From positions 1 to 41,791 of IMG/VR virus record IMGVR_UViG_3300037420_000858: DNA of 41,791 bases, one strand, 5' to 3'. Within the stretch, counting starts at the first letter, position 1. Each line of letters begins with the position of its first letter. The notes under the pieces were generated by a model. That model saw nothing but the letters and a program-made list of their open reading frames with translations. It did no database searches and was not told the origin of the DNA. Shown one piece after another: positions 9,891-19,201 of this stretch. Source of the DNA: a virus. Lineage: Duplodnaviria > Caudoviricetes. The translations under genes were made by a program, and so were the position numbers.

Positions 9891-10516
9891 CAGTTCTCGT
9901 CTCCAACGCCGACGTACTCCCACGCGACGATCACAAGGCCGCCGAACGTGACGCTCTCCGCCGCCGTCTGATCCCACGTCGAAGCGATGTTCAGGTGTAG
10001 CGATGCCGCCGAGCTTGCGCCGTTGAAGTGTGCCGTGCCGAACGCCGCGCTGGCATTCGCAACAGCGTTGTTCGACTTGCGGCTCGTGAGCGCCGTAGCC
10101 GCGACGTGGTTGGAGATCGTCGTGCCCTCCATCACGTTCTCCATCGCAGCGGAGCCAGCGCCCAGCGTCGCGATGGCACCCGACGCGATCGTGGTACCAA
10201 GACCGATCTCGCCCGCCGTAGCGGACAGGCCCGAAGCGCAGGTGCTCGTCAGCGCGATGTAACCCCACACAGGCCGGATGATGCCGACCGGGAAGTCCGC
10301 GATCTTCTCACCGAAACCGAGTGCCGCGTCCGCGCTGATCGCCTTCTTCAGGTTGTTCACGCGAATCTTCGTGAGGTACCGAACGCCATCAGCGCTGGTC
10401 TGCTCGAGGATCTGCGCGATCGGAAGCGACGGGTCCGACTTCGTGATGCCAGAGGTCAGCGTGTCGTTCGCAACCAGCCAGCGATCAACGGGCGCGCGAC
10501 GAGAAGAACTTGCCAT
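9890..10516 (-). CDS. Virion structural/decoration protein (208 aa)
   Basis: GGAGGG RBS, ATG at 10516; beta-rich; lies in the head-tail region. Confidence 0.55.
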   Translation of the reverse strand: MASSSRRAPVDRWLVANDTLTSGITKSDPSLPIAQILEQTSADGVRYLTKIRVNNLKKAISADAALGFGEKIADFPVGIIRPVWGYIALTSTCASGLSATAGEIGLGTTIASGAIATLGAGSAAMENVMEGTTISNHVAATALTSRKSNNAVANASAAFGTAHFNGASSAASLHLNIASTWDQTAAESVTFGGLVIVAWEYVGVGDEN

Positions 10517-10535
10517 GAGATGAACCCCTCCAGGG

Positions 10536-10955
10536 TTAGTTGAGAACGTCGCGGTCAGCGCCGCAAACGGGACAGGCCGGACGCCACACGCCGTCGTACG
10601 TACACAGGCAATAGCCACAGGCGTAGCCCGCTTGCACGAGTTCGTAATCCGCGTCCGAGAGAATCCAGTGGAAGCCACCGGGATACTGCGCGCCGACCTG
10701 AACGGCCAGCGGAATGATCGACTTCTTGTCGCCCGACGCATACGCGGACTGTTCAGCCAATCGGTCGTACGTCGTGGTGTACTGCTGATGCGGAGCGATC
10801 AGCTTCGGAGCCGGCAACTGGCCCTTCTGCTTGTCAATCGCATCCTGAATCCGACCATCGTTCCGGTCGTCGATCTCCTTCAGCGCGCGCTGCTGTGGCG
10901 TCAGGCTGGAATCGACGTTCGACGTGATCGAGGACTTCTTGACACCCTTCGCCAT
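10536..10955 (-). CDS. Hypothetical protein with C-terminal zinc ribbon
   Basis: CGYC...CPVC; TAATG coupling. Confidence 0.6.
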   Translation of the reverse strand: MAKGVKKSSITSNVDSSLTPQQRALKEIDDRNDGRIQDAIDKQKGQLPAPKLIAPHQQYTTTYDRLAEQSAYASGDKKSIIPLAVQVGAQYPGGFHWILSDADYELVQAGYACGYCLCTYDGVWRPACPVCGADRDVLN

Positions 10956-11455
10956 TACAGCGTCGGCTCAGCGACCGGGTCCTCGGCGGGCGGGGCATCC
11001 ACCATGATCTCGAGCTTCTTCACGAGCGTCGAACGCGCGTCCTTGCCCTTCTGAAGCTCGTAGCGTAGACAATGCAGCGCATCGAGTCCGAGATTCTCGA
11101 CAGCCTCGAGGCACGCCTCAGGCTTCACCGTGTCCCACTTCGGGAACGGCGGCACGAGCGCATCCTTCTCGACGACCATCACGCCTAGTTCCGCGATACG
11201 CGGGTCCGTGCCCTCGGCAAACCACTCGTCGAACACCTCGATCTCGCGCGCGTTGCGGATCGGGTGCAGCTCGCACAGGCCATTGTCGCCAAACTCGAGC
11301 ACGACGCCCGGAATCTTGCGCGGCGGGATGCCCGGCCCGATGTACTCCTCGCTATCGCTGATGATCGGCAGTCGACCCGTTCGGGCCACGATCTGAACCA
11401 GCGAAAGATCCTCGCGGACCTTCTGCGATCGCGTCTTGCTTGCGGTGCTTGCCAC
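10955..11455 (-). CDS. Hypothetical protein downstream of the capsid gene (166 aa)
   Basis: AAGGGG RBS and GTG at 11455; C-terminal YELQKGKDARSTLVKKLE helical motif. Confidence 0.6.
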   Translation of the reverse strand: MASTASKTRSQKVREDLSLVQIVARTGRLPIISDSEEYIGPGIPPRKIPGVVLEFGDNGLCELHPIRNAREIEVFDEWFAEGTDPRIAELGVMVVEKDALVPPFPKWDTVKPEACLEAVENLGLDALHCLRYELQKGKDARSTLVKKLEIMVDAPPAEDPVAEPTL

Positions 11456-11473
11456 TTGCTTCCCCCTTAAATG

Positions 11474-11510
11474 CGAGGGGGCCGAGCCCGCTATGGACCC
11501 GACCCCCTCG
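11474..11510 (-). terminator. Strong hairpin after the capsid gene (terminator or stabiliser)
   Basis: CGAGGGGGTCGGGTCC-ATAGC-GGGCTCGGCCCCCTCG on the minus strand; only a short U tail. Confidence 0.55.
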
Positions 11511-11529
11511 ATGGTTGCGTTCAGCCCAA

Positions 11530-12663
11530 CTACGATGCGATGCTGTTGAACAGCCCGTGCGTAGAGCCGTTGCCCCACACGAACGTCGCCTCGGTCAGGT
11601 ACTCCTCGACCTCCGCATCCTCGTCCGGCGTCTGGCGGCCAGTGAGAAGCTCGGTGTCGCGGAGCGTGCGGTACTTGCAGCCCTCCTCGTCCATGAGGAC
11701 CGCATACTTGTCAAACGACCCGCCTTCGAGCGCGTGGTCCGCAACGATCTTCACGAGGCCATGAGTGCTCTGGTAGCTCGTGAAGTTGTTGCCACCCGTC
11801 TTGTCGCCCGGCTGGTAGCGCAGGCGATCACGCAGGAGCCCGTCGATGATGCCTGCAACCTGGCGGGAGCAGTACAGCGTCTTGGTGCCCGAGCCGTAGC
11901 GGAACATCGTCTTGAGCGCCGAGTTGAACGCCGTCTCCGTCAGCGAAGCCGTGGAGTCGATGTTGCCGCTCGGGATGCGCTCGGTGATGCCACCCGCAAG
12001 GCCGGTGCCGCTGGTCAGGTCCTTCTCGCCGTGATAGGCGGTCAGGTTGATGTCACGAGCATGCTCGAGCATCTTCTTGCGGCGCTGCGTCGCGGTGTCA
12101 TCCTCGACGTAGTGACCACCCTTGCTGCCGACAGCCTTGTGGGTGCCAGTCACCTTGAACGGGTGACGCCAGATCTGCATGTAGTTGACGTTGTCGACTT
12201 CGACGGTCGTTCGCGCAGCCTGAAGCGTCGCGCCCTGTGCGTACGCCGGTCCGAGGATGATGAGCGGATCGTTGTCGACGAGCGCCGCAGCAGCCGTGCC
12301 ACCAGCAGAGCGCGTCACCGTGAGGTCGTTCGACGACACGGCGGTAACGAGCATCACCTCGCCCGTGCGCGGAACCTTCACGAGGTCGCGAGCGCGGAAG
12401 TAGCCGCCGTTGTCGACGGTGACGGTGGTCGCACCGGACGCGTAGCCCGCGCCGTTGTTGACCGCGTCAGCCTTCGGGTTCAGTTCGTCGCTCATCCAGT
12501 GGACGCTCTGCGCGAACGCGCTGTCCTTGTCGAGCTGGGCAACGCGAGTGGAGAGCTTCGCCTTGTCGTTCTCGAGCTGGAAGATCACATCGCCCATGTC
12601 GATGCGCTGTCGTCCCGCAAGACCGTTCGTGGTATCGCGGGCACCGCTTGCCATGCTTGGCAT
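11530..12663 (-). CDS. Major capsid protein (SU10/DUF5309-like, 377 aa)
   Basis: VHWMSDEL, NYMQIWRHPFKVTGT and EHARDINLTAYHG motifs; follows the scaffold gene. Confidence 0.85.
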   Translation of the reverse strand: MPSMASGARDTTNGLAGRQRIDMGDVIFQLENDKAKLSTRVAQLDKDSAFAQSVHWMSDELNPKADAVNNGAGYASGATTVTVDNGGYFRARDLVKVPRTGEVMLVTAVSSNDLTVTRSAGGTAAAALVDNDPLIILGPAYAQGATLQAARTTVEVDNVNYMQIWRHPFKVTGTHKAVGSKGGHYVEDDTATQRRKKMLEHARDINLTAYHGEKDLTSGTGLAGGITERIPSGNIDSTASLTETAFNSALKTMFRYGSGTKTLYCSRQVAGIIDGLLRDRLRYQPGDKTGGNNFTSYQSTHGLVKIVADHALEGGSFDKYAVLMDEEGCKYRTLRDTELLTGRQTPDEDAEVEEYLTEATFVWGNGSTHGLFNSIAS

Positions 12664-12669
12664 GGTTGG

Positions 12670-12928
12670 TCCCTTCGTAAGAGTGAGTGATTGGGGGTCG
12701 TCGCCGTGTCCGCGAGATGGCGGGGGCGGTATGGGTGGCGCTTGTCACTCGAGGGGCGGAGTGCGGCGGGTGTCCCGATGGGGCCGCTCGGCTGCTCCTA
12801 GAAAATGGTGGTGCCAGTTGCGCGTTTCAGGCCGCCCGCATGGGGTCGACGCGCGCTTGAACCGGGGACTGGCTCCAGCTCCCTGCGCCGGGTGATCGGG
12901 GGGCTCACCTGGCAAGGCCCACGCCCGC
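12670..12928 (-). ncRNA. Candidate structured leader RNA of the capsid gene
   Basis: About 265-nt intergenic region with several hairpins, three of them carrying a GACA(C/A) bulge. Confidence 0.4.
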
Positions 12929-12930
12929 GA

Positions 12931-13875
12931 CTAATGTGCCGCGCGGCGTCGCTTATCGGATTCGAGGATCGCGTTGCGAATCGCGTCGTGCTCCGAGACT
13001 TCCTCCACCACCGGGGCGGCAGCAGGCGTGCCTGTCTCCACCACGGCGGCCTGGCGCTGCTGTGCGCGCTCTACGGCATCCTTCGCCGCGACGTGCTGAG
13101 CCTGCGCCTCGCGGGCCTGTCGTGCCATGCGGGTTGCCCATCGAAGGCCGCGCTCGATCTCCTGCGCCGAGCCTGAGCCGACGAGATCGGGCTCCTCCTC
13201 GATGATCTTCGCGACCTCGTCCTTGATGTCCGCCCAGTCCGCGACCTGCTGGCCGTAGGTGGCGACGACGTTCTCGGCTTCCTGCTCGGCCTGCGACTTG
13301 CTGTAATGATCCTGAACGGGCGCGACGGTCGACTGGATCATCGCCTGGTACAGCTCGATCTCGAACCGCTTGGCAAGGCCGGGATCGTGCGCCTGGATCT
13401 CCGCGAGCACGTCGGGGATCAGCCCGGGCGCGTTCTGCGCTGCGTAGTAGAACGCGTCGCTGGCCTGCTCGGGCGTTGCCGCCGCGTCGAGGATCTGGTT
13501 CGTCAGCGCATGGTCGACGCCGAAGCTCTGCGGCTGCGGTTCCTGCGCGGGCTGGTTGGCCTGCTGCTGGATCTGCTCCACCATCTTGCGAAGCTCGCCA
13601 AGCTCTTGCCCCTGCCGACCGATGACCTTCTGTGCCTCGTCGTAACGAACCTGCCACTCGTTCGGCGTCTCGACATCCGGCTGCGGACCATCGACGGGCT
13701 CCGCTGCGGGATCCTCGGCGGGCGACTCCTCAACCGGGGACTCGCCCTCGGCTTCAAGCTCCGGCTTGTCCTCCACGGGCTCATCCTCAACCCCTGGCGT
13801 GACCTCCGGCTCCGGCTCCACGCCGACAACACGCTCAGCAAGACCCTCATTGCTGAAGTCGATCTCGTCACTCAT
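12931..13875 (-). CDS. Capsid scaffolding protein
   Basis: Acidic N-terminus; RYDEAQKVIGRQGQELGELRK coiled coil; sits between portal and capsid genes. Confidence 0.8.
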   Translation of the reverse strand: MSDEIDFSNEGLAERVVGVEPEPEVTPGVEDEPVEDKPELEAEGESPVEESPAEDPAAEPVDGPQPDVETPNEWQVRYDEAQKVIGRQGQELGELRKMVEQIQQQANQPAQEPQPQSFGVDHALTNQILDAAATPEQASDAFYYAAQNAPGLIPDVLAEIQAHDPGLAKRFEIELYQAMIQSTVAPVQDHYSKSQAEQEAENVVATYGQQVADWADIKDEVAKIIEEEPDLVGSGSAQEIERGLRWATRMARQAREAQAQHVAAKDAVERAQQRQAAVVETGTPAAAPVVEEVSEHDAIRNAILESDKRRRAAH

Positions 13876-14137
13876 CGTCTATCCCCCCGAACTCGAGACG
13901 ATCCCCCGCCTCAATCAACTCGTCTGGTCGTGCCAGCACCTTGCGGAACGCCTCCAGCCGACCCACTCGCCGCTGGTACTCGTCCCAACTTCCAGCCCCG
14001 CGCTCGATCGCGTCGCGGTCGATCTGCGCCTGCTCCAGCACCCAAGCCGCCAGTGCCTCCCAGCCGGGCACGGAGATCAGCCCCTTCGCCCGATCGCGTT
14101 CGCGAAGGGCGCGGAGTTCGTCATCCGTCCAGCTCAC
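13868..14137 (-). CDS. Small head-region protein (89 aa)
   Basis: Overlapping start/stop with portal and scaffold; PGWEAL...GRLEAF pattern. Confidence 0.65.
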   Translation of the reverse strand: MSWTDDELRALRERDRAKGLISVPGWEALAAWVLEQAQIDRDAIERGAGSWDEYQRRVGRLEAFRKVLARPDELIEAGDRLEFGGIDDE

Positions 14138-15882
14138 GCTTGGGTGAGGGCGTCGGGCGCGTAGCCGTTGTCATCCATCCCGTCCGGGTTGGACATCTGC
14201 TGCATCTGCTGCTCGGCCATCTGCTGTTCCGGCGCGAGAGCCCCTTCGAGTGTCGGCTGCGACGGGGCCAGTGTGGGGTCAGGACGCAGGCTGGCCGGGT
14301 CGATGTCGTGCGCCTCAGCGGCCTTCTCCAAGAGCGGCCAGATGTTGACGCCAAGCCCCGCGAACTGCGCGAACGTGTTGAGCAGATTGAGGCTCTGCTC
14401 GCGCGCCAGCTCCTTGAGATTCCGCTCGCTGCTGTTGCGCGGCTTCACGTCGAACGCACCAGCGATGTCTGCCGGCGACACGTTCTGCCAGACAGCGTCC
14501 TCACCAACGATCCGCACGACACGATCCGCGTCCACGAACTGCTGGTCGAGCTGAATGAACATCTCCGCAGCCTTCGCAAAGGCCCGGTCCACACTGGCCA
14601 CCTTCAGGCCGATACGCGACTTGCCCTGCCGCAGGTTCATCGCGGCTTCGGTCGCGGTGCCCTCGTTGCTGGATCCCGCGACACTGGCGTTGATGCCGGT
14701 GACCATCTCCATGTAGCCGCGCAGGCGATCCGCTTCGCCGCCGCTGGCATACGCGTTGGCCTGACCGATGTCGATCGGCTTGATGGCCTGCGGGTTGTCC
14801 ATGATTGCGCGCGCGCCTGGCTGAAATACCAGCTCCTTAAGGCGCGGATCATTAGCTGCGATCGCGAGAACCGGATCGAGCGTCAACTTCAATGCATCGA
14901 GCTGCGCGTTCTGGATCGTCCAGATCGCATCCTGCAGCGCCTCGATGCTCCACACCTCGGACAGGCCGACCATCTTGTCCACGTCCGGCTGCGTGACCGC
15001 CATCACGAACGGGATCTTGCCGTGCCAATACGGGTTCGGCTCGTCGCGGACGATCACCTTGCGGTCGACGATCACCGTCAGCCGATCACGAGTCCACTTC
15101 TCGATGACCTCGTGCCGATCCTGACGCCGCGCCTGAGCTTCTTCCTCGCGCTCACCCAGCAGGCGCTTCATCGCTCCGAACGCGCTGCTGCCCGACTTGT
15201 CCTCGAGGTGCTTACTGACACCTGTGTAGAGGCCAGCCTGCTCCTTCGCCTTGAGCTGCTCGTCAGTCAGCCACGAGCGATGCAGCACGTAGGTCGCGTC
15301 CTCGATGCAGGTCGCGGCGGGGTCCCACATGAAATCGAACGGGTCGACCACGATCATCGTCGGGTCGTCACGCAGCGTCACGTCCTGCTCGATCACGGAC
15401 GGGACTTCCTCACCGGCCATCAGGCGCGACAGGCGCTCCTCGGCGGGCATGGGGTTGCGCACCTTCATGCGGCGCTGCTCGAAACCCCACGTCACCTTGA
15501 TCGGACACGCACCGAAGATGATCGCCTTCTTCACAGCGGCCATCCGCTTCTCGGCGTAGCGATCACGGTCGAGCTGGTAGTCGAGGAGCTTCTGGACGAC
15601 CGCTGCTTGCGCCTGATCCGACCGCTCGCGCGGCACGACCTCGAAGTTCGGGTCCTCGACGAGGAACTCCGGCAGCAGCGTCTCGACCTGCTGGAAGGCG
15701 TGCTTCACGTACAGGGCGCTGCGCCACTCGGAGCGTCGCGCGCGAGCCAGCTTCTTGTCCTGCGGCTTGCCGAGATAGACCTCGTAGGCACGCTTCCATT
15801 CGAGCGCGATGCTCTGGTGGACCTTCTCGGCGGCCTCGATGCACTTCAGCGCATGAGAGAGCTTGTCACTAGGCTTCGACAC
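14134..15882 (-). CDS. Portal protein (582 aa)
   Basis: VVDPFDFMWDPAAT, NPYWHGKIPFV and TATEA motifs of P22-like portals; follows the terminase. Confidence 0.85.
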   Translation of the reverse strand: MSKPSDKLSHALKCIEAAEKVHQSIALEWKRAYEVYLGKPQDKKLARARRSEWRSALYVKHAFQQVETLLPEFLVEDPNFEVVPRERSDQAQAAVVQKLLDYQLDRDRYAEKRMAAVKKAIIFGACPIKVTWGFEQRRMKVRNPMPAEERLSRLMAGEEVPSVIEQDVTLRDDPTMIVVDPFDFMWDPAATCIEDATYVLHRSWLTDEQLKAKEQAGLYTGVSKHLEDKSGSSAFGAMKRLLGEREEEAQARRQDRHEVIEKWTRDRLTVIVDRKVIVRDEPNPYWHGKIPFVMAVTQPDVDKMVGLSEVWSIEALQDAIWTIQNAQLDALKLTLDPVLAIAANDPRLKELVFQPGARAIMDNPQAIKPIDIGQANAYASGGEADRLRGYMEMVTGINASVAGSSNEGTATEAAMNLRQGKSRIGLKVASVDRAFAKAAEMFIQLDQQFVDADRVVRIVGEDAVWQNVSPADIAGAFDVKPRNSSERNLKELAREQSLNLLNTFAQFAGLGVNIWPLLEKAAEAHDIDPASLRPDPTLAPSQPTLEGALAPEQQMAEQQMQQMSNPDGMDDNGYAPDALTQA

Positions 15883-16164
15883 CTAGTACGCGCCCATCTC
15901 CGGGCCAGCACCGGGCACTTCCATCGGCGCACCCTCGGTCACGCCACCAAGCCCGCTCGGCATGCCCTGCGTCGCCGCCATCACGGCCGCGAGCACCGCA
16001 TCATTCTCGCCCTGGCGCTCGGCCTGCATCGCCTGAAGCGCCGCGATCACCATGTCCGCAGGCTTCGGCGCGGGCGGTGCCGGCATCGCAGCTTCGGGTG
16101 GCATCGGAGCGCCCATCTGGCCCGGTCCCATCATTGTGTTCAACCCAACTTTCTCAGTAGTCAT
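15883..16164 (-). CDS. Pro/Met-rich hypothetical protein (93 aa)
   Basis: Fills the gap between terL and portal exactly. Confidence 0.6.
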   Translation of the reverse strand: MTTEKVGLNTMMGPGQMGAPMPPEAAMPAPPAPKPADMVIAALQAMQAERQGENDAVLAAVMAATQGMPSGLGGVTEGAPMEVPGAGPEMGAY

Positions 16165-17812
16165 TCGGCTGGTACATCACAGCCGGGCCAACGGGCACTC
16201 GCTCGGATACCGCTGCGCCGATCGCGAGCGACATCACCATGTCGTCCCACCCACCACGCGGAGCGGTCGGCTTCTCCTCGCCCCCATCGCGGGTCGGCGG
16301 GGCGTAGATCATCGTCTCCATCTCCTCGAACGTCCTCGCGCAAGGAATGGAGATCGCGGCCTCACGGGCCAGTTCCTTCAGGTGCTCGAGCGCGTGCCGG
16401 CGAGCCTTCGGCGTTGTCAGCCAGCCGTACTCGCGGCTCTCTCGGTAATCCACCGTGTCGGTGTGGCGATGCGTGTAGATGTTCGGGTAGCGCAGAACAT
16501 CCCGCAGCTTGCCAATGGTGCTCATCCCGATCACGTTGCGCTCGGGAGCCACCAGCGCCCACTGGCGCATATCGCCCTTGCCGGGGCTGTAGACCCTAGC
16601 CACGCGGTCGATCAGAACCGCAGCTTCGTCCGGGTCGCACTTGCCACGGTAAGCGGCCACCAGCTCGAGGACGACCTCGCCCACCTTGAGGACGTGTAGC
16701 GCGGTGTAGTCGCGACCCCCACCGGAGGCGATGTCGGCGGAAACGACGTAGCGTGCGCCATTCTTCGGTGCCTCCCAGATCCACAGCGGACCATTCGGAT
16801 CGTCGATGAACTTCGGCCGGCCATCCTTGACCCGGAACTCGCCCTTGCGCTCAGGGTCCGTCACCCGCGCTCGGTAGTAGTCGAGCGTCTTGGGCGTGAA
16901 GAACCCGGAGCCGCTGGTCAGGAACGCACGCAGCGCCGTATCCGGGTACTCCTGGTTGAACTTGTCCTCGCCAAGCGTCTGGATCATGGAGCGGCGCCAA
17001 AGCATCTGCTCCTCGTCCAGCTTGAACTCTCGCGCGTACGCCTTCTCGTCGGCGCTCAGGTCGCGGTCGAGCGGGTTCCGCGCGCGGCGGTACTCCGGCA
17101 TCTCGAACCACGGCGCGAAGAAAGCGTGCCAGCCGTTCCAATCGGGCGAACCTTCGCCCTGCTCGGCGGCCTTCCACATCGCGTAGAAGTGGTTGCCCAT
17201 GCCGTTCGCGGTGGATTCCCCGAAGATCACCTTCGCTCGCTCGAGCGTCGGCGTCATGGAGGTCAGCACCTCCTCGGCATCCACCCAGAAGGCCACCTCC
17301 GAGAGGTGAGCGTTCTGGAAGGTCTGCGATCGGCCCGCGTCCTTGTTCATCGCGTGGTCGACGTACAGCAGCGCCTCGTTATGCGTCGGCCCAAGCTGGA
17401 GGCGCTTGCCGGTCGTCTTGCCTCGACGCGGCGGCTGGAACCAATCGGGCAGCCTCTCCCAGCCGTCCTCGATCTTCTTGAACAGCTCCCCCGACGGCTC
17501 CTCTTTGTGAGCGACCGTGAGGCCCGACTGGCCCTTGAAGCAGAACGCTTGCCATGCCAGGTACGCCTGACAGACGGTGCTGAAGCCCATCTGTCGCGCC
17601 TTGAGGATGAGCACCTTGACCTGTTGGCCCTGCGCGCCCTTCTCCTCGATCAGGCGGATCAGTCGCGCCTGCGGGGGGTTCGGTGTGAACTTGACGAACT
17701 CGCCGTCCTTGTTCTTCACCATCCAGACCGAGCGGCAGTAGTAGCTGAAGCTACCCCTGCACCGCCGTAGAAACTCAATCCGCTGTTCCGTTGTCGGAAC
17801 CGCGTTGGTCAC
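16154..17812 (-). CDS. terL: Terminase large subunit
   Basis: ILKARQMGFST Walker A, HLSEVAFW Walker B, ESTANG motif C; nuclease acidic residues in SADIASGGGRDY and DDMVMS. Confidence 0.95.
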   Translation of the reverse strand: MTNAVPTTEQRIEFLRRCRGSFSYYCRSVWMVKNKDGEFVKFTPNPPQARLIRLIEEKGAQGQQVKVLILKARQMGFSTVCQAYLAWQAFCFKGQSGLTVAHKEEPSGELFKKIEDGWERLPDWFQPPRRGKTTGKRLQLGPTHNEALLYVDHAMNKDAGRSQTFQNAHLSEVAFWVDAEEVLTSMTPTLERAKVIFGESTANGMGNHFYAMWKAAEQGEGSPDWNGWHAFFAPWFEMPEYRRARNPLDRDLSADEKAYAREFKLDEEQMLWRRSMIQTLGEDKFNQEYPDTALRAFLTSGSGFFTPKTLDYYRARVTDPERKGEFRVKDGRPKFIDDPNGPLWIWEAPKNGARYVVSADIASGGGRDYTALHVLKVGEVVLELVAAYRGKCDPDEAAVLIDRVARVYSPGKGDMRQWALVAPERNVIGMSTIGKLRDVLRYPNIYTHRHTDTVDYRESREYGWLTTPKARRHALEHLKELAREAAISIPCARTFEEMETMIYAPPTRDGGEEKPTAPRGGWDDMVMSLAIGAAVSERVPVGPAVMYQPNDY

Positions 17813-18330
17813 GACGCTTCTTCAACTTCCGCTTCGACGACATCCAGAAGTTCGAACGTGCCCCCGCCTGTGACTTCAACGTCGATCTTGGGCGGTGTGA
17901 GCGCGCCCGTGACCTTGAGAATCTTCTCGGCTGCACTCAGCGCGACCTTCGCGTCCTTGTCGTTGATGAGCGTCGGATCGAGCGTGATCTCGCCCGTCTC
18001 CGGGTCCTTGACCATCGCCTTTGCGATCGGCAGGTCGACGAGTACCTCGAGAAGGGCGGCCACCTTGGCGTGCGTCTCCTGCATCGCCTCGCGGAACTTC
18101 TCTACGTCGTGCAGCTCCTCGAGCCGGGCCTTGCGGAGGGCGACCTGCTCGCGGCGGTGAGCGGCGTAATCCTCTGCCACTCGCTTTTCGACTTCCTCCG
18201 CCACATCGCTCCTGCACGCCCGTACGATCCCGAGGAGCTGGTCTGTGTGTCGCGGCTGCCAAACCCGATCGTCCAAGAGCACTTTCATCAAGTCTCGGAT
18301 CTCTCGACGATGCTTGGGCTTTAGCGCCAC
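17809..18330 (-). CDS. Putative terminase small subunit
   Basis: Helical 173-aa ORF overlapping the terL start; KVALSAAEKILKVTG pattern. Confidence 0.6.
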   Translation of the reverse strand: MALKPKHRREIRDLMKVLLDDRVWQPRHTDQLLGIVRACRSDVAEEVEKRVAEDYAAHRREQVALRKARLEELHDVEKFREAMQETHAKVAALLEVLVDLPIAKAMVKDPETGEITLDPTLINDKDAKVALSAAEKILKVTGALTPPKIDVEVTGGGTFELLDVVEAEVEEAS

Positions 18331-18372
18331 TCACTCCCCCTACTTACTACTGGGGGACAGGCAGAACCCGCA

Positions 18373-18645
18373 TTAGACCGTGGGCGTCTTGCCTTCGAGG
18401 AGTTCGGTCGTAATCCGAAGTCGCAGCTTCAGTTCCTCGTTCTCGCGACGCACGCGCTCAGTCACCATCGACTTCTCGGAGCGATACATGCGGTTGGCCT
18501 TCGCAATGACGTTCACGAGCAGGTTTCGGCACTCGCAAAGTTCGCACCGACCGGCGTTCTCGTGCGCGGCCTGGATGTGTTCGTGTGTCAGGTGGTCGCG
18601 CAGGTAGTTGATCGCGCCCGACACATTCATCTGATCCCAACTCAT
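18373..18645 (-). CDS. Hypothetical protein (CELCEC plus coiled coil)
   Basis: Coupled chain of ORFs upstream of terS. Confidence 0.55.
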   Translation of the reverse strand: MSWDQMNVSGAINYLRDHLTHEHIQAAHENAGRCELCECRNLLVNVIAKANRMYRSEKSMVTERVRRENEELKLRLRITTELLEGKTPTV

Positions 18646-18896
18646 GTGAACTCGTCCCTCAGTCGTTGCCATTCCGCATACTGCGCGGCGTCCAGTTCGC
18701 GAACCACCGTGCCAGTAAGGCCCACCTCGTAGCCCTCTGCCGCCCAGCTATTCGGGTCCTGCCGGCGTAGGCGATCGTGCGCCTTCCACTTCAGCTTGTA
18801 GCACGCGCGACAGTCGTTGCCTCGCGCACGCTTCGGGTTGCCGCAGCCCTCCTCGATGCAGGTCGAGCCGAGACCGGACGGGATGCCGGGCCACAT
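18642..18896 (-). CDS. Zinc-finger hypothetical protein
   Basis: CIEEGC...CRACY; TGATG coupling. Confidence 0.55.
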   Translation of the reverse strand: MWPGIPSGLGSTCIEEGCGNPKRARGNDCRACYKLKWKAHDRLRRQDPNSWAAEGYEVGLTGTVVRELDAAQYAEWQRLRDEFT

Positions 18897-19201
18897 CAGT
18901 CCACGTCCCACATGATCGCCGCCCGGATCGCCTCTGGCGTGTTCGCGGCGGCGCGCCGAGCATCGCGACATCGCCAGCACTCCTCTCCGGGGGCATTGCA
19001 TCGCTCGCCGCCGCAGTAGTGGCACGGGAACCGAACCGGGTTCGCGGCCGGACCGCCGATGTCACCTGGAGTGCAGTAGTAGTTGTTCCCCGACGACGCA
19101 CGGACATGGAGAAAGACCGCGTCTGGCGCGGAATAGAACACAAGCTGGCCGCAGTTCTTGCAGGGGGCCGCCTCGCGCGCATAACGGGACAGGTCGCTCA
19201 C
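18896..19201 (-). CDS. Cys-rich hypothetical protein
   Basis: CKNC, CHYC and CWRC motifs. Confidence 0.55.
   Translation of the reverse strand: MSDLSRYAREAAPCKNCGQLVFYSAPDAVFLHVRASSGNNYYCTPGDIGGPAANPVRFPCHYCGGERCNAPGEECWRCRDARRAAANTPEAIRAAIMWDVD

Noticed and set aside
12819-12857. Hammerhead ribozyme (GCGC-GTC ... GAAAC-GCGC on the minus strand)
   Set aside because: Lacks the CUGANGA core and a second stem
13306-16599. 1097-aa plus-strand ORF (and other long antisense ORFs such as 27910-29604 and 6132-7565)
   Set aside because: Shadow frames opposite portal, terminase, helicase and tail genes; stop-poor because of high GC; no recognisable motifs
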